Both the position numbers and the translations under genes were made by a program. The notes beneath the pieces were generated by a model that saw only the letters and a program-made list of their open reading frames with translations, was not told where the DNA came from and searched no databases. DNA of 6,923 bases, from NCBI GenBank assembly GCA_903916665.1, contig CAIWXP010000072.1, positions 1 to 6,923 on the forward strand, in the 5' to 3' direction. This DNA is from Candidatus Iainarchaeum sp. GTDB lineage: Archaea; Iainarchaeota; Iainarchaeia; Iainarchaeales; 0-14-0-20-30-16. Positions 6,195 to 6,923 of this stretch are shown one piece after another. The first letter of the stretch is position 1. Each line of letters begins with the position of its first letter.

Positions 6195-6902
6195 TTACCT
6201 CAGAAAATTAGGCATCATATTGAATATAACAAATATTAAAACAACATCAATTGCAGGAAATAATAATGTAAATATTAAAATCAATTGTATTGGCGTAATT
6301 CCTAAGTCTAATATTATTCCACCAACATTAACAAAGACTAATAATAAACTAGGGAGAATTGCAGTTATTGCAATAAAAAATAAAGAAACCATTACTAATT
6401 TATTGCTATATAATTTTGTTTTTGTTGTTTGAATATTAATTAATTCTTCTGCCAATTCAAACAAAGGTCCTTTTTCTTTGAAGTTTTTTCCTGATTCGTA
6501 GATATTAAGAATTTGTGTTAATGCTCTTTTGAAATCTTGTGAATCAAATATTTCTGAATATTCTCTAAAACTTTTTTGCAGGCTAATTCCTTTATTATAG
6601 TTATCAATTATTCTTTCAAATACAATTCCCAGAAATTCATATTGTTTTGTCAATTCTTTTAAAGTATGAAGGAATTCTTGGCCTATTGATAGTTTCATAT
6701 CCAAATCTATTAGAAAGAACGGTAAATCTTTTTCTATTTTTCCAATAAATGTTTTTTTTAAAACAAAAGGATAATAATAGAAAAATGCAATACTAATTAG
6801 AAATATACAAATAATAGAATAAATGCCATATTCTAAACTATTAAAATAAATAAAAGCAATGGTTCCAAAAAATAAACAGGTAATTATTGAAACAAAATAC
6901 AT
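6195..6902 (-). CDS. Type II secretion system F-domain membrane protein (TadB/TadC-like, single-domain FlaJ/PilC-type platform subunit)
   Basis: 235 aa. Two N-terminal TM helices are followed by a cytoplasmic helical domain (KIEKDLPFFLIDLDMKLSIGQEF...NYNKGISLQKSFREY...ILNIYESGKNF) and then C-terminal TM helices (LVMVSLFFIAITAILPSLLLVF...LILIFTLLFPAIDVVLIFVIF). It is a paralogue of the downstream ORF, separated from it by 4 bp. Confidence 0.75.
   Translation of the reverse strand: MYFVSIITCLFFGTIAFIYFNSLEYGIYSIICIFLISIAFFYYYPFVLKKTFIGKIEKDLPFFLIDLDMKLSIGQEFLHTLKELTKQYEFLGIVFERIIDNYNKGISLQKSFREYSEIFDSQDFKRALTQILNIYESGKNFKEKGPLFELAEELINIQTTKTKLYSNKLVMVSLFFIAITAILPSLLLVFVNVGGIILDLGITPIQLILIFTLLFPAIDVVLIFVIFNMMPNFLR
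6197..6201 (-). promoter_or_regulatory. Shine-Dalgarno-like GAGGT 6 nt upstream of the ATG at 6190, overlapping the stop codon of the upstream gene
   Basis: The minus strand reads CTGAGGTAACTTAATG. GAGGT is complementary to the archaeal 16S 3' end. This is the expected arrangement for an internal operon gene, in contrast to the leaderless first genes. Confidence 0.45.
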
Positions 6903-6923
6903 GATTTTTTTATAACTATAAAA

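Noticed and set aside
6188-6203. The two T2SSF ORFs as a pseudogenised (frameshifted) single FlaJ-like gene
   Set aside because: Restoring one ORF would need both removal of the TAA and a frame change. The second ORF has its own ATG preceded by GAGGT at ideal spacing, and both halves keep intact domain layouts. I treat them as two real genes but flag read-level verification in the findings.
6220-6432. 70-aa plus-strand ORF inside the 235-aa T2SSF gene
   Set aside because: It is antisense to a membrane-protein CDS. The Asn/Ile/Thr-rich low-complexity translation is typical of a shadow ORF.
1-6923. CRISPR arrays, tandem or inverted repeats, IS elements, integrase remnants, tRNA or other structured RNA genes
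   Set aside because: Reading both strands, I found only short A/T homopolymer runs and the short promoter palindromes. No intergenic gap exceeds 50 bp, so there is no room for an RNA gene or repeat array. No transposase- or integrase-like translation is present.

Overview
This is a very AT-rich, almost gap-free coding window with 8 genes; by my hand count of coordinates about 97% is coding. It reads as a small-genome archaeon, plausibly DPANN-like, on three grounds. The SRP54 is archaeal/eukaryotic-type (TKLDGSAKGGGAL rather than the bacterial DGDARGG). Short A/T palindromes resembling TATA boxes sit 23-28 nt upstream of start codons, which is leaderless-mRNA geometry. The A24 prepilin peptidase is archaeal-type. 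Left to right the window contains: (1) a HAD-IB hydrolase on the minus strand, missing from the ORF track because it runs off the left edge; (2) an ATP-cone domain fused to a PD-(D/E)xK (Mrr-like) nuclease, whose stop codon directly abuts the HAD start; (3) SRP54; (4) a 181/186-aa orphan soluble basic protein; (5) a stand-alone radical SAM enzyme (CX3CX2C, GGE motif, no SPASM-type Cys cluster, very basic C-terminal tail); (6) an A24 aspartyl prepilin/preflagellin peptidase, divergent from the radical SAM gene across a 33-51 bp promoter region; (7, 8) two tandem single-domain T2SSF (TadB/TadC-like, split FlaJ/PilC-like) membrane platform proteins. I see no pilin, secretion ATPase, RNA gene, CRISPR array, repeat array or mobile element. 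The most interesting candidates are the nucleotide-sensor-nuclease fusion paired with a phosphatase, and the uncharacterised radical SAM plus orphan protein pair sitting next to a Tad/Epd-like type IV filament locus. All domain calls come from motif recognition by eye; no searches were run.
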